NCBI RefSeq assembly: GCF_006345805.1
Contig: NC_043006.1
Coordinates: 56,668,001 to 56,732,000 of the forward strand
Source: Octopus sinensis
Lineage: Eukaryota
Direction: 5' to 3'
DNA: 64,000 bases
Translations under genes and position numbers: made by a program
Shown here: positions 25,031 through 38,401 of the stretch, one piece after another
How positions within the stretch are numbered: position 1 is the stretch's first letter
Layout of the letters: each line of letters opens with the position of its first letter
The notes under the pieces: generated by a model
What the model was told of the DNA's origin: nothing
What the model saw: the letters and a program-made list of their open reading frames with translations, nothing else
The model's database searches: none

Positions 25031-26109
25031 TTACTTCAATCAGAGCAAACTTTTTTCTCTCTCGTTATGTAAGTGATATCTTGCCATATCGGCTTCAGAC
25101 ACTTCTCCACCGCTTCTTCCGACACCTTATCTATTTTTTTGCTTTTTACATTAAACGTTTTGTACACAGTTGTTTTATTCGTGTTTTCCGTTATGCTGGT
25201 TGGAGGAGCCACTTTAACCTCTGACCCCTCCTTTGTTAGTTAACATCTTTTCATATTTGGAGAGTTCCTTTATCTATATAGTTATGTCTTTTCTCGCCAG
25301 CTGCCGCTGCAGAACTTAATTTTTTAGGCGACTCTGTCAAGGGAGTCACGGGTGGATCACCGGTAGACAGACTGGGTACTTCAATATTTCTTTTCACATT
25401 TAACTTCTTTTTGGGCGATGCTACTAGCGAATTCTTTTTTCCGGGAGTCACAAGTAACTCACCGGTTGACATACTGGGTACATCCATATTTTTTTTTTCG
25501 TTGCCTTATTTTGTGGCGACATGACTGGTGTTTGCATAGTTTGAGACAATGGTGTTCCACCGATGATACTGGTGACAGTTTCAGTGTAAAACTTTCAGAC
25601 TCGATCGAGTCACGGAAAACGGCCAACGCCGAACACGCAAATTTTGGGGTTACTCCTCGCAGAAAAATTGGCTTGACGCCGCACAGAAATGTTAAAGTTC
25701 AACAATTATAATTTCTCCTCACGGGGCAATTTGAGGCAGGTTACTTTCAAAAGCAATAAGAATAGGTCTTCAACAAGCAATTTGCTTCAACAAATAACTC
25801 TAATAAATAACTTGAACAAACTTACAAACAAAGCACACCTTAGTTTCACACAGCTAAGTAAAACTTCAAGAAAACAGATTTTAGACACTTTCAAAATATA
25901 AAACCAAAATATAAGAATATAATCATTTCTATACAAAGATTAAATATGAAATGATTTTTTATTACCCACAAGGGGCTACACAAAGGAGACAATACAAGAC
26001 ATGTGGGGGACAAGAAACAAAGAAGAAAACAATGAAAAACGTATGAAAGGAAGATGAGATGAAAATGAAAAATGTAATGAAGCTTTTCGGCCCCACCTCC
26101 GAGCGGTTT

Positions 26110-26640
26110 CATTCATACCTTACTTTGATCAGAGTTCCAGACAAAATGTCAGTCGTATACTTCGTTAGAAGGTCCATATAATCTATATAGCCTTGTAGCT
26201 CACTTATATCCATTTTTATTTTTATCTTCCGAATATTCAAATCCATCCTTGAATTCCATTATTCTTGATAATTGCTTCTGGGTCACCAGCAACCAACTAT
26301 ACCGCCCTTGTATATAGGTGTACGTTCCTGGACCCACTGTAACCATGTATTTTCCCAAGTGCACGATTCTTCGACAAGTTCCTCATTTGACTTGTCATAC
26401 AGCACTACATAATAATTTTTTTCCTCGGCCAGGGGAGAGGAAGTTTGGGGGTTATTTTGTGTGTTTGCTCTTCTTTGTGTCGGAGGAGAGTGGGGAGGTT
26501 TAGCGTCTGTAGGTGGAGGAGGGGCATGTGTGGGTGGGTGTGGGGTGTGCGTCTATATTCACGTGACATGCTTTTTTTATTTTCCTTCTCTTTCTTTTCG
26601 TAACCATTTCCCTTTCGTTGTTCGTTTCATTATCTTCCTT
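26110..26640 (-). pseudogene. C-terminal half of a third ORF1-like protein
   Basis: Minus translation EDNETNNEREMVTKRKRRK, then Pro-rich, then EEKNYYVVLYDK..GGIVGCW*PRS. This parallels EEVVTSSKRKRK, Pro-rich, EDKYVVLFHK..EWPSQ in copy 2. Confidence 0.45.
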
Positions 26641-27284
26641 TTCTGGAATATTCCAATTGGAATATATCCATTTTGTATTGATATATTTTTTTTAATCCAT
26701 ACTACTATAAGAGAGCGGTAATTTAAGATAAAAGATTTGTATATAAATATTCATTGGATCCAATCCAGGTCATATTTTTAAAAAATATTTAATTTTAAAG
26801 TTTAAAAATTTTAAAGTTGCTAAATATTTATGCTTACAACATACTAAGACATCCGTAATTATATTTAATATGTTTATTTGTATTACAAGCACATAATATG
26901 CTACTCGATTCCTTTATGCAAAGCCTACAAGACTTTGTTTGCTTGTTATATGGTGTTGATTCAGTAATTATCGACCACCTTAAATTATACTCAATGTTAG
27001 TCACTTGAAGTGGTTTAATGCATGATGCTAATGTCGTGGAGTTTTTTTTTATATTGGGGTTAAGAAATGAATTCTTGTGTCCCCTATATTCATTTTAAAA
27101 TCAATATTACTGTATGGTAAGTAGCTTGCTTACGAACCACATGGTTCTGGGTTCAGTCCCACTGCGTGGCAACTTGGGCAAGTGTCTTCTGCTATAGCCT
27201 CGGGCCGACCAAAGCCTTGTGAGTGGATTTGGTAGACGGAAACTGAAAGAAGCCCGTCGTATATATGTATATATATATATATAT

Positions 27285-27841
27285 ATAATAGAAATATTAA
27301 AATTACTAAGTCTCTCTAAAAGAGAACAGCGGCAGCGTTCCCGGAAAATAATAGTTATCGCCATACTAATATGGCATTCTTATAAAAATAAGAATAAAGC
27401 TGTCCGCTTATTAGCTCCATGAGGCCATCGCCTTAAGTTAGCTATTTGATACACAAACTGTATCCATATAACCTTCGAACATTATTTTCCGGGAACGCTG
27501 CCGCTGTTCTCTTTTAGAGAGACTTAGTAATTTTAATATTTCTATTATTGAAAACAAGTGGATGTATTCCACCGAAACTAGGTAAATAAAACCATCGAAC
27601 AGAGATTGTCGGAAGCGACACCTATTGGCTGGCTACGCTGCATTGAAAAGGGGCAATACCCCGAAACGCGTCTGTAGCTGCCGGTCAAGTAGTGTGGAGC
27701 GACTGACCTCCCTTGTTCGAAGGTTATATGGATACAGTTTGTGTATCAAATAGCTAACTTAAGGCGATGGCCTCATGGAGCTAATAAGCGGACAGCTTTA
27801 TTCTTATTTTTATAAGAATGCCATATTAGTATGGCGATAAC

Positions 27842-27847
<6 letters not shown>
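27285..27847 (+). mobile_element. Retrozyme-like / non-autonomous Penelope-type insertion with interleaved perfect inverted repeats
   Basis: A (27285-27352) = rc(27481-27548), 68 bp. B (27353-27480) = rc(27715-27842), 128 bp. A minimal hammerhead lies in the unique middle, and (TA)n flanks both sides. Confidence 0.7.
27637..27678 (+). ncRNA. Minimal type I hammerhead ribozyme, U3-A8 core variant
   Basis: GCUGCA UUGAAAA GGGG-caaua-CCCC GAAA C-gc-GUC UGUAGC: 6-bp stem I, 4-bp stem II, palindromic ACGCGU stem III and a GUC triplet. Confidence 0.65.
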
Positions 27848-27900
<53 letters not shown>

Positions 27901-28944
27901 GTATGTATTTCTGTGTGTCTGTGTTTGTCTCCCCCCCCCCCAACATCGCTTGACAACCGATGCTGGTGTGTTTACGTCCCCGTAACTTAGCGGTTCGGCA
28001 AAATAGACCGATAGAATAAGTACTAGGATTACAAAGAATAAGTCCTGGGGTCGATTCGTTCGACTAAAGGCGGTGCTCCAGCATGGCCACAGTCAAATGA
28101 CTGAAACAAGTAAAAGAGTAAAAGAGTAAAGAGAGTACTCCCTATATAAATTTTCCTATGTCCCATAGGATTTACTGTACTAACTTCGCACTTGTATACT
28201 ACGTTTTTACTCAGGCACTTCCCTCCTAAAGGATATGATTCCTGGAAACGGCGGTTACAAGTTTTATCTAAAGATTTAATAGTGGTACTCTTATCCGCTC
28301 TATTAATACTTCAATTATATCGGCGCAGGTGTGACTGGACGCTAAGAAGCTTGCTTACCAACCACACAGTGACCCTAGTTATATCTAGTGATAACTAGTT
28401 TTCCTTTTAGGTAACACATTGCATACGGCTGTCTACATTAATTTTTTGTATACACATTAGCAATTCGTTAAATCAGCCTTAGACTTTTATCTGATAAAAA
28501 TAGTGATTTACAAAATAAATAAGTCAACAAAATGGTCTATAAAGCTAAACAACTATATTTATACAGCACAAACCGTGTAGACACCTAAAGAACCCTGTGA
28601 GGGATCTTCTATGCGTTTGTAAGTGCTATTAGAAATGGCAGTCAAATTTCCATTGAATGGAGTGACATTGTTGTTTAAATGCCTTTGATCAGAAGTCTTT
28701 GTGAAAACTAAAATCAAGTTAAACAACTATTACCACCACATAGTAGTAAAAATAATTTTTCGCATAGCAGCCTTAAAGGGTGGGAGGTTTAAAGTGTTGC
28801 ACAATTTTTACACCACCACGTCATCGTTAGGTGTCTGGTGGGCGAGTACTCCATTTTCAATTGTACGTCAATTTTCAAGAGTGACGATATAACGTCCTTT
28901 ATTTCATTGGTTAGCGCCTCATGACTTATTCTTTGTAAGGTAAG

Positions 28945-29166
28945 TACTTATTCTATCTGTCTCTTTTGCCGAACCGCTAAGTTAGGTGGACGTAAGCACA
29001 CCAGCATCGGTTGTCAAGCGATGTTGGGGGGAAACATACACACACGCACACACACACACACACATATATATGTCTGACTGAAGATTGAAGGCTTCGAATG
29101 ATTTGTCTGTGTTCCGTGTTCGTCCCTTCCTGTATTTCACGTTCATTATATATAAAAACATTCATT

Positions 29167-29220
<54 letters not shown>

Positions 29221-29382
29221 CTACAGGCTTCTTTCAGTTTCTGTCTACCAAATCCACTCACAAGGCTTGGTCGGCCCAAGGCTATAGTAGAAGACACTTC
29301 CCCAAGTCCCACGCAGTGGGACTGAACCCGGAATCATGTGGTTGTTAAACAAGCTACTTACCACACAGCCACTCCTGCGCCA
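28945..29382 (-). mobile_element. Composite SINE (family A) with a ~100-bp insert in its linker
   Basis: Reverse complement of the family A head (29225-29382) and second half (28945-29035). 29071-29170 is foreign sequence. Confidence 0.8.
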
Positions 29383-29724
29383 CGTAGAGACAGGTATGCA
29401 ATGATTAGACCTGCAGTAAAATCTCCCTCAGATAAAACCCAAGTAGAAGGAGTGGGAAGGAATGATCCGAAACGGCACCAAAAAAAATTTTTTCCTTACA
29501 CTATCCAAAACATTTCTGCAAAATTTCATTTAAGACTCTTTTTTTTTTTTTTTCGGAATGTTAAGAAGAAACAGAATGGGGAAGGGGAAGAAACAATATG
29601 CCATGTGATCAAATGTATAGTAAATAAAAAAGATAAAAAGCGAAGATACGAAGTTCATTATTAGAGTATCTTTGATTGTAGAAATCTGTGTTATCAGCTT
29701 AGTTGGGGTTAAACAACAACGACC

Positions 29725-31382
29725 TCCATATTGTCTTTGGGGTCATAAAAATCAGCAGCAGTACATTTGATATAAAATTAGTTTTTAAATTATTTTCCAT
29801 TGTTTGCATTGCTTTATAGAATTTGAAACTTATTCGTTTGTAAATGGCCACGTTTAAATTATTTTCTATTCTTTGTATTGCTTTATAGAATTTGAAACTT
29901 TTACACATACACACAAACACATATATTGATATATGCATATATTTATTTTTATACACACACACACATGTATACAAACATATGCATATATATATATATATTT
30001 ATATATATATATATATATACACCTATACACACATATTCTAATGTATATGCATATATGTGTATATATTTATAATGTGTGTGTATTATAGATGCATACATTA
30101 TATATATATAAAATATGTTACATACAATATATATATATTTTATACACTACATGTATATTTATGTATGAATATATAAGTACCACAGAATTTGAATCAAACT
30201 GTTTTGATCCATACATACATACATACACACACACATACATACATACATACATACATACATACATACATACATACATACATACACACATACTAAAATTACA
30301 TCGTTGGAGCAGTAATTTATTTATGTATTTTTTGTTATACAATTTATTTTTAAGCTGAATCCCTATCCTGCCATTAACCCCTTTCTTATAAAATAGTTGA
30401 CGAATCTGGGGTGTAGGAATTGGGCCAGTATTGGAACTTTTAACTTCTTGCTCTCTATCTTATGATCTCCGAAATTTAAGAATCTTGTGTTAACTGGGCT
30501 CTTATTATTTACTCTGACTCTGCCACCACCTCAATGCAAAGACTATCAATATCAGAATCATCTTCACAACCTCCACTACAACCATTACTACAACCTCCAA
30601 TGCCACCACCACAACCATCTTCTGCAACCACAACCCCAAGACCAATACCAGCATCATATTCAAAATCACCAGTTTCACCACCACTACACTCTGCAATATC
30701 TTCAACACTACCATCCATGAGACATCCTAACATAATCAATGTTACTACTACTATCATCATCATTATCATCATCATCCACTGCCGCCACCACCACCACCAC
30801 CACCTCTACAAAAACACCAACACTATAATTGCTGCCATCATACACATCCACTGTCACCACTACACCACCACCACCACCACTGCCATGATAACCTCCACAC
30901 CATTGCCACCACTATCTATGAGACATCCTAAGTTAGATACTACTTTCACTTTCTAGTTGCTCTTTGAGTTTATTTACCTAATCTATCTCTCTAACAGATG
31001 CAAACCAAGTAGCATTAAATGGAGAATGGATGTGAGCAGAAAGAGAGTAAGTTCCATTCCAGTTTACAACAATTATAGAATTATTCTCAAACCATAAATG
31101 AATGGTGGAGAGGAGTGAAGGAGGAGTCATGTTTCCTCTGAGAGGTTACAGAAGTATTATTACACTGTTGTTAGAATAGCTGTAGAAAATGTAAGTTGAA
31201 ATCAAATTTGATGCTAAATTCTGTTATAGTCATGTTCCCAATGAAATACACATAATCAATTTGAACAGTCTTAGTAAAATAACTACTTTCTTTAATTATT
31301 AATCAGGTGTTTGGATCAACAAAATTATGAGATAAAGGTGAGAAGGTCAGTAGAGTGTCTATCTGCTTGTAACTATGTAGAC
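29725..31382. repeat. Left arm of a near-identical inverted duplication
   Basis: Matches rc(47279-49487) apart from two extra blocks in the right arm and microsatellite length. It includes the (CCA/CAT) low-complexity tract. Confidence 0.9.
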
Positions 31383-32719
31383 TATGCCTTGTTATGGTTT
31401 ATGTTAGGGTTAGAGCTATGGTCTAGAATTTGCAACAGATAGCATACTAAATTGTAAATGGCCACGTTTACTGTATGCTAAACTGGCACTAGAGATTTAA
31501 TGAAACAGTTTACCTATCAGAATTTAAGTCATGAAAGGGTTAGTTAGCATTGTCAACACACTTCACATTTCTCTGTTTCTGTGGGCAATGAAATAAAACA
31601 CTAGATAAGGAGTGGGTCAATATAGTTGACATTATTTCCTCCTATAAAATTTTTGGCTATGTACCTTTGTTAGAAATTCTTATTTGTATTAATATAAAGT
31701 GCGAGCAAGAGAACATCTGCAGGCTTTCCTAAACTGTTAATGTGAATGTAGATGATGTCTTTTTTCAACTTGTGTAAATTAATGTCTGATGAGAATGTGA
31801 TTCCATGTAGAAGCTGCCATTCTGGAGATAAATGATTGGATTAAATATTTAGTAAAAGGTTCTAGCTGTGAGACATGTTAAAGATGATGATGTGGGCTCA
31901 GTTTGATATAGTTTACAGCTTACTAATTCACAGGAATAGTAGTGGGTGTTAGGGTTTTTTTCCCATGTTTTATTTGAACAATTTGGCTGGATAAAGGGGG
32001 CTGTATCCTTGCCTTTCGCATTCCTTCTGAGACAAGAGCTGTGCCTTCAAAACTGGTAAGATTGACGTAGTTGATCTTGAATAAAATGTGTGGATGGCTG
32101 CAGAGGAAATAACATGGACAAGGGAATTTCAGAAGGCTGACAATCTGGTAAGAAAGAATTTAATGCTTAGTTTGCAGGTGAATTACATGCTACATGATCT
32201 TCGAGCCTTTTGTCATCAGATGCTGTAACATGGTTTGTATCCAATATAATAGTACCACCACTATTGCAATAATGGCCTAAAATATGTGGTACCAGTGTGA
32301 TAAAATAAGATAATGCAGCAGCAATAACAACATAACTATCTCTTAAGAACCAACAAATATTCCAAATGAACAAACCAACCCACACTCTCGAACTTCACTA
32401 TGAAATAACACAAACTATATACACTCTCTCTGTTCAGTCCATTCCTCACAAGAGGGTACCTTGGCTCTCATCACAACACTGAGAGTGTAAGAGGTGACTT
32501 AAGGTTACTAACTTTGTTCTGCCAACAAATTTCCATTTATTTATTCTTAAGCTTCTCTTAATGCTGGAAACCACCTCTGCCTGGTACTAGCATTTATGTG
32601 AACAATGTAGACAATTGACAAGTATCAAATGTCACAATACATAAATTCATTATTTATTAAAATTATCTTCAATTGTAGAAGTATCATCATTACTAAATGG
32701 TAATCGATTAGCATATTCA

Positions 32720-34965
32720 GGGCCATTTAGTCACCTACCAATCTGGTAGACACACTAGTCAAATTGACTACATCCTCACTAGGAAACAGGAAAGACGACT
32801 ACTTGTAAATGCCCAAACCTTCCCAGGTGAAGAATGTACCCCACAACATAGATTAGAAGTTAGCGACTTCAGGATCAGGGCTAAATGTATGCTCAGAAGA
32901 CGACCAGAATGGAGGAGAAGGGTCTGGAAGCTTAAGGATCCTGCAAAAAGAGATTTAGAGACATATTACTCAAAGCTGTGGAAGACAACTGGAGGTTTCA
33001 ACAGGACAACCTTTTGAGGGCTAGTGACCAGATCTGTGGATGGTGCAAAGTTTCCTCTCAACCAAAGGTAATGTGGTGGTGGAACAATGTTGTTGACAGG
33101 TCTAGTAAGGAAAAGAAACAGGCTTTGAAGGACTGGAAGACCGGTGATAGCAGGGAATTGTATCAGACTGCCAAAAGGGAAGCTAGGAGATAGGTTTATT
33201 TGGCCAGAGGGGAAGCAGATAAGGAAAAATTTGCCAATGTTCTGCGCTGTGATGACCAAAGACTTGAAGTATTTTCCTGTTGCCAGACAGTGTGTGAGAG
33301 AGAATCGCGATGTCCTAGGAGAGAAATGTGTCCTCATGGGTGACGGTTCACTTGCTTTAAACAAAGCTGCAAAGAGACAGGTTTGGAGACGCCATTATGA
33401 AAGTTTGCTAAATAAAGTGAATGAAAGTGAGAAAGAGAGTCTGCCGAATGCTGGCCCAACAGAGGGACCAGCTATCTATCTAAATTGACAGTGCCTTGGT
33501 AGGTAAAGCAATTAAGGGTATGAAGACAGGGAAAGCCCCCGGACAATCAGGAATCACAACAGTGATGCTCAAAATATCTGGCGGTGTCGGCTATAGCCTA
33601 GTCAACCAGGTGATACATGAAGGAGTCATACCCAATGACTGGTGTAGCAGCACCATAGTCAACTGCTAACAAAGGTAAAGGTGACGCATTAGATACAAAT
33701 AATTACAGAGGTATCAAGTTGTTGGATCAGGTAATGAAGGTCACGGAGAGGGTCATAGCCCAAGTAATTAGGGAGAGAGGCAGTCTAGATGAGATGCAGT
33801 TTCGGTTCGTGCCAGGGGAAAGCACCACTGATGCTATATTTCTGATAAAACAGATGCAGGAGAAATAGCTAGTCCAAGATAAAACTCTGTACCTGGCTTT
33901 CATTGACAGGGTCCCCCGATCCCCTATCTGGTGGTCAATGGATGAATGTTTATTGAGAGCTGTACAAGCCATGTACAGTAAGGTGACGGTTGGCAACGAG
34001 TACAGTGAAGAATATCGGGTAAGGGTAAGGGTCAACCTAAGATCAGTCCTCAGCCCCCTCTTATTCATTATAGTCCTCCAGGCAATAACAGAGGAATTCA
34101 AGACAGGCTGCTTCTCTATGCTGATGACCTTGCACTAATAGCAGAGTCACTGCCAGAACTGGAGCCAAAGGTTAGGGTGTGGAAGCAAAGTCTAGAATTG
34201 AATGGCCTTAGGGTTAACGTAGCCAAAACCAAAGTTTTAGTTAGTGTGTAGGCTGTCAAATCACAAACTCCTCTGTAGAAAAGGCATTGGTAGAAACTCC
34301 ATACGATGCACCTGGTGTAAGCTATGGACACATAAAAGGTGCAGCAATATCAAAGGAAGGTTAACTGGGAAAATTATTTCTTGTGTGTGGCAGATGCAGT
34401 GGGGCAATAAACACTGAAGGTGTTCAGAAAACAGCTTCCATTACATGCCTGGGGAAGAAACTAGAAATAGTAAATACTTTCTACTACCTAGGCAACCAAG
34501 TATGTAGTGGGAGTGATTGCTCTGCGAGTGTAGCAACTAGAGTAATAATAGCCTGGGCAAATTCAGGGAGCTCCTACCTCTGCTGGAAGCTAATGGCCCC
34601 TCACTCAGGGGGAAAGGTGGACTGTATGATGCATGTGTGAACTGCCATGCTATATGGTAGTGAAACATGGGCCATGAATGCCGAGGACATGCGTAAGCTT
34701 GTAGTATGCTTGAGTCAAGTAAAACCAATACCGTAGCTGGGGGCCGGTGACCCGCTAGCTGGCTCCTGTGCCAATGGGACATAAAGAACACCCACTACAC
34801 TCTCAGAATAGTTGGCGTTAGGAAGGGCATTTAGCTGTAGAAATTATGCTAGACTAGATTGGAGCCTGTTGCAGCAGCTGGCTCTCCAAGATTTCAGTCA
34901 AACTGTCCAACCCATGCCATCATGGAAAACGGACGTTAATCGATGATGATGATGATGATGACAAC
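32720..34965 (+). mobile_element. Degenerate RTE-clade LINE (APE end, RT, Cys-rich region, 3' UTR, (GAT)n tail)
   Basis: SQIDYILTRK..FPGEECTPQHRL; MKTGKAPG; NYRGIKLLDQVMKVTERV; QFRFVPGESTTDAIF; SVLSPLLFIIVLQA; LYADDLAL; many stops. The tail is at 34941-34965. Confidence 0.88.
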
Positions 34966-35649
34966 GACGATGATTATATTAGTAATAAAGTTGGGTGCAG
35001 GCAAGCGATTTGTAGTAGAGAGCAATAGCGTTTGGAGCGAGCAAAGAGTTGGCGGCCGGCGACGCGATCGATCGAAAAGCTGTCATCCCGGCGACGATAT
35101 CGCCCGCAAGTGTGTGTCCAGTAGCGTATGTAACACATGGATGCATCGCGTTTATGCACGCAGCTAAGGCGGCTATTGCTCTCTAATAATCGCTTGCTTT
35201 TTATTTACTTAATGTATTCTTCACTTCGGCATACTGGGCAGAGATCGCATCACATTCATGCACGCATTAGCTGTCTATCACCGCCTTAGCTATCATAAAC
35301 AAACACAAGTTCATGTATGATATTAATCTTTCTTCTACTTCAATTATTACATGGTTTTCTCTTATAAAAATACACACCTACAGGAGAAGTAAATTATATA
35401 TATAATACTTTAAATGTGGCTCTCGATAAACAGTCAAAGTAATTACCTGATCAACAATGGGTGACCAAATCTGATTTTCTACCTTGCAGTTAAGCAGATT
35501 CACTGTTTTAAAAATATCACTCAAGTAGAATATTTTTTAAAAACTCAGAAAGTCTTTCCAAAATTTTCTTAGCTGTATCAGCTTGTCTTGGAGTTGTAAT
35601 GAGTCATCTGACTCTTGAACATGAAAAAGTGGATTAATGGCTCCCACAA

Positions 35650-37067
35650 ATTCACTAGTCTTTCAAGGCTCAGGCCTTCTGACCCATCTTACTTCTGTGT
35701 GAAGCAATAGGGTTTTAAAATCTTCATCTTCACAGAATTGCATAAAAAATCTATTATTCACAGAGTTTGATTTGACAATGTTATTTGTATGTATGGAAGT
35801 GTTGAGTGCGTTTTCCATGTGTCCTCCAATATTCTTAGCAACCACATGCTATCTGTGGATAATGCAACGTATATTAAAAATATGAGGAGCAACTGATTTC
35901 ATTCTAGAAACAAAGCCTTTCACTTTTCCAGTCATGGCTGCAGCTCCATCTGATGCAGTGTTGATCAAATTAGTCGATGGAATATTTTTATCATTAAAAT
36001 ACTGCATTACTTCATTGAATATATCTTCTCCATTAGTTGTTTCAGAAAAAACTTTTAATGAATAACATTTCTTCCCTTATATCATCTTCATGGTTGAATC
36101 TGACATAGACCAGAAGGATAACTTGGTTATGAACTGTGCTATCATCAACCTGGATAGAAAAATTGGTCGTTTGGAGAATTTCCACAATCTTCTTTCTCCT
36201 CAACAAAATTAGACATTTCATCCTGTCTTCTTGTAATTGTGTTATTTGAAAGTGGAATTGTACTCAGTGTAGGTTCAGCATCTTTTCCCAGAACCTCATT
36301 TGCACAAGCTATCATAGCAGGCTTGACAAGATTCTCACCTTAAATCTGAGGTGCTGCAACCTTGGCAATAATTTCAGAAACCAAATAACTTGGTTTGAGT
36401 GTCTTTACTTTTTCAATATTTATCTTCTTTACAAAGTCAGGTAGTTTGATTAGCTGTATTTTCTTTTTATTCTCAAAATATTCCCGACCTTTACCAACAG
36501 ATGATGGATGCCTTAATTTCTGGTGCTGCTCCAGCTTAAATTTCTTCATGGAATAATTTGTCATGATGGCATTACATTCAAGATACATAGGTTTTGAGTC
36601 TACAGATACAAAACCAAACATGATAAAATCTTCTTTGTATTTCTTCAATTTTGCCTTTTTAGCAGTTGGTTCAGATATTATTACAACTGATCTTTAAAAA
36701 AATAAAAATAATAAATATTTTATTTCTATAAATTTAAAGTATCAAATTTATTATTAAACAATATTATGTAGTGATCTATTAAAAATATTGAATTTATTAT
36801 GAAACTGTTGTGATTATAAAATTTAAATTATGTAATTCTTGATTGTAATATATTATTGATTATATATTATACATTATTAATTCTTATGGAATAATTATTG
36901 AATTTTGTTTCCTTATTATTATTCTGTCTTCATATAAATTATTATTAACTAACAGTGTTTTTATTATTGAACAATATTGTGTAGATCTGAAATGGCTTCA
37001 ATTTTTTACGGCTACCAATTCTCTGGGGACCACTGGTGGGTTCCAGGGACCACATTGGGAATCACTG
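35650..37067 (-). mobile_element. hAT (Buster/Charlie-like) transposon remnant
   Basis: Minus: BED-like KP..LECNAIMTNYSMKKFKLEQH; GENLVKPA; IPLSNNTITRR; FSIQVDDST; SDGAAAMTG; CIIHR; LLLHTEVRW. A terminus CAGTGATTCCCAA lies at 37055-37067; the other end was not found. Confidence 0.85.
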
Positions 37068-38347
37068 CTTTAAACAATACTGGATGAAATGAATATTGAA
37101 ATTATTTACAAATTTTGTTAGTACATGAAACATGTTATAATTTACAAGTTCCAGTAGAATATGTGACAAAAATAATATTCCTAGCTGAACTTATCCCCTT
37201 TAATTTTCTTGTACCAGAAACTTCCAACCCCAGTCAATATTAACGCCAGATAACTTATGCAGGACATTTTCATAATAAAGAAGAAAAAATTAAAAGGCTT
37301 TGATCTTTTTCTTTTAAACAAAAGAATTTTGATAAAAATATATATAAAGGATAGCTTTGTGGTTGAAAAATTTGCTTCACACCCATGGGTTTCTGGGTTC
37401 AGTTCTGCTGTGTGGTATATTGGGTAAGTGTCTTTTACTGTAGTCTTAGGTTGATCAATGTTTCAGTTGATCAATTGGGAGAATGATTCTATGAAGAAGC
37501 CCGCAAGATGTGTTTGTGTGTATGTGTGTGTGTTCATTTACATGTTTACTGCTCTAGTATACTAGGCTATCAAAGGTTACTTTCAATGAACAGGCATCAT
37601 TAAAATAGGACCCTGCCCTATGTTTGAAATTAGCTCTAATATTGATAGGGTCAATGAAAGACACCCAAAGACAGTGCCTGAGCATGGTCATAGCACACTG
37701 ACTGAAATTAATAAAAGAAGAAACAATTCTAGGTTTCAAAACATTTTTTAATGATAAACATTCAAATGTAAAGACAATGTTAAATGATTTTTCACGGTGT
37801 AAATGTATGCATACATGCATAAATGGAATTTCCTTCTAAGTAGAAGTTCACCCGAAATAAAAGTCATGGAAATTATTAGGATGAATATTCTTTGGGTGGG
37901 AGATCAGAATAAATAAAAGAATGCAAGTGAATGTGTCATGTAAAGTGGGATGGGTGGGTTGGTGAGGTGCACAGCTCCTTCAGAGACAACGGTAAAAAAT
38001 CTTTGGTTTCATAATGGTTGAATCATTCGCCCAAAACAATGAGATTTTTGTTTCTTTTTTTAAGACATGTAATAGTAGACATGTAGTGGGGGAATATTTA
38101 TATTGATAGGAATCATTAATTAACAAGAAAATAATTATACATACATATATATATATATGCTTTTCTTGGACTATCCTTTTCCTTCTCTCCAGTCATTTTC
38201 CGCTTTCCTTTCTGACAAAAAACCATGCTTGAAATGTCACACCTCCATCTTTTTTCCATCTTACTTTCTCTGAGCATCAATCTCATATATTCACTGTGTA
38301 CATCCTTTTGAATTTTGTTGTTTTCCTATTTTTGTTTTTTACTTGCC

Positions 38348-38401
<54 letters not shown>

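Larger units (their letters stand above)
27110..28135 (+). mobile_element. Composite SINE (family A) interrupted in its (TA)n linker
   Basis: The 5' half (27110-27262) and 3' half (27900-28135) match the intact copy at 19647-20105. Confidence 0.85.

Noticed and set aside
30487-30956. Pro/Ser/His-rich ORF (and its mirror at 47713-48176) as a host exon
   Set aside because: It is CCA/CAT/ACT trinucleotide low complexity, open in several frames on both strands, with no recognisable domain or splice context.
31934-32060. Candidate host exon (tactaat..cacag acceptor, gtaag donor)
   Set aside because: All three frames have stops unless a T is removed from a T7 run, and the resulting peptide is not recognisable.
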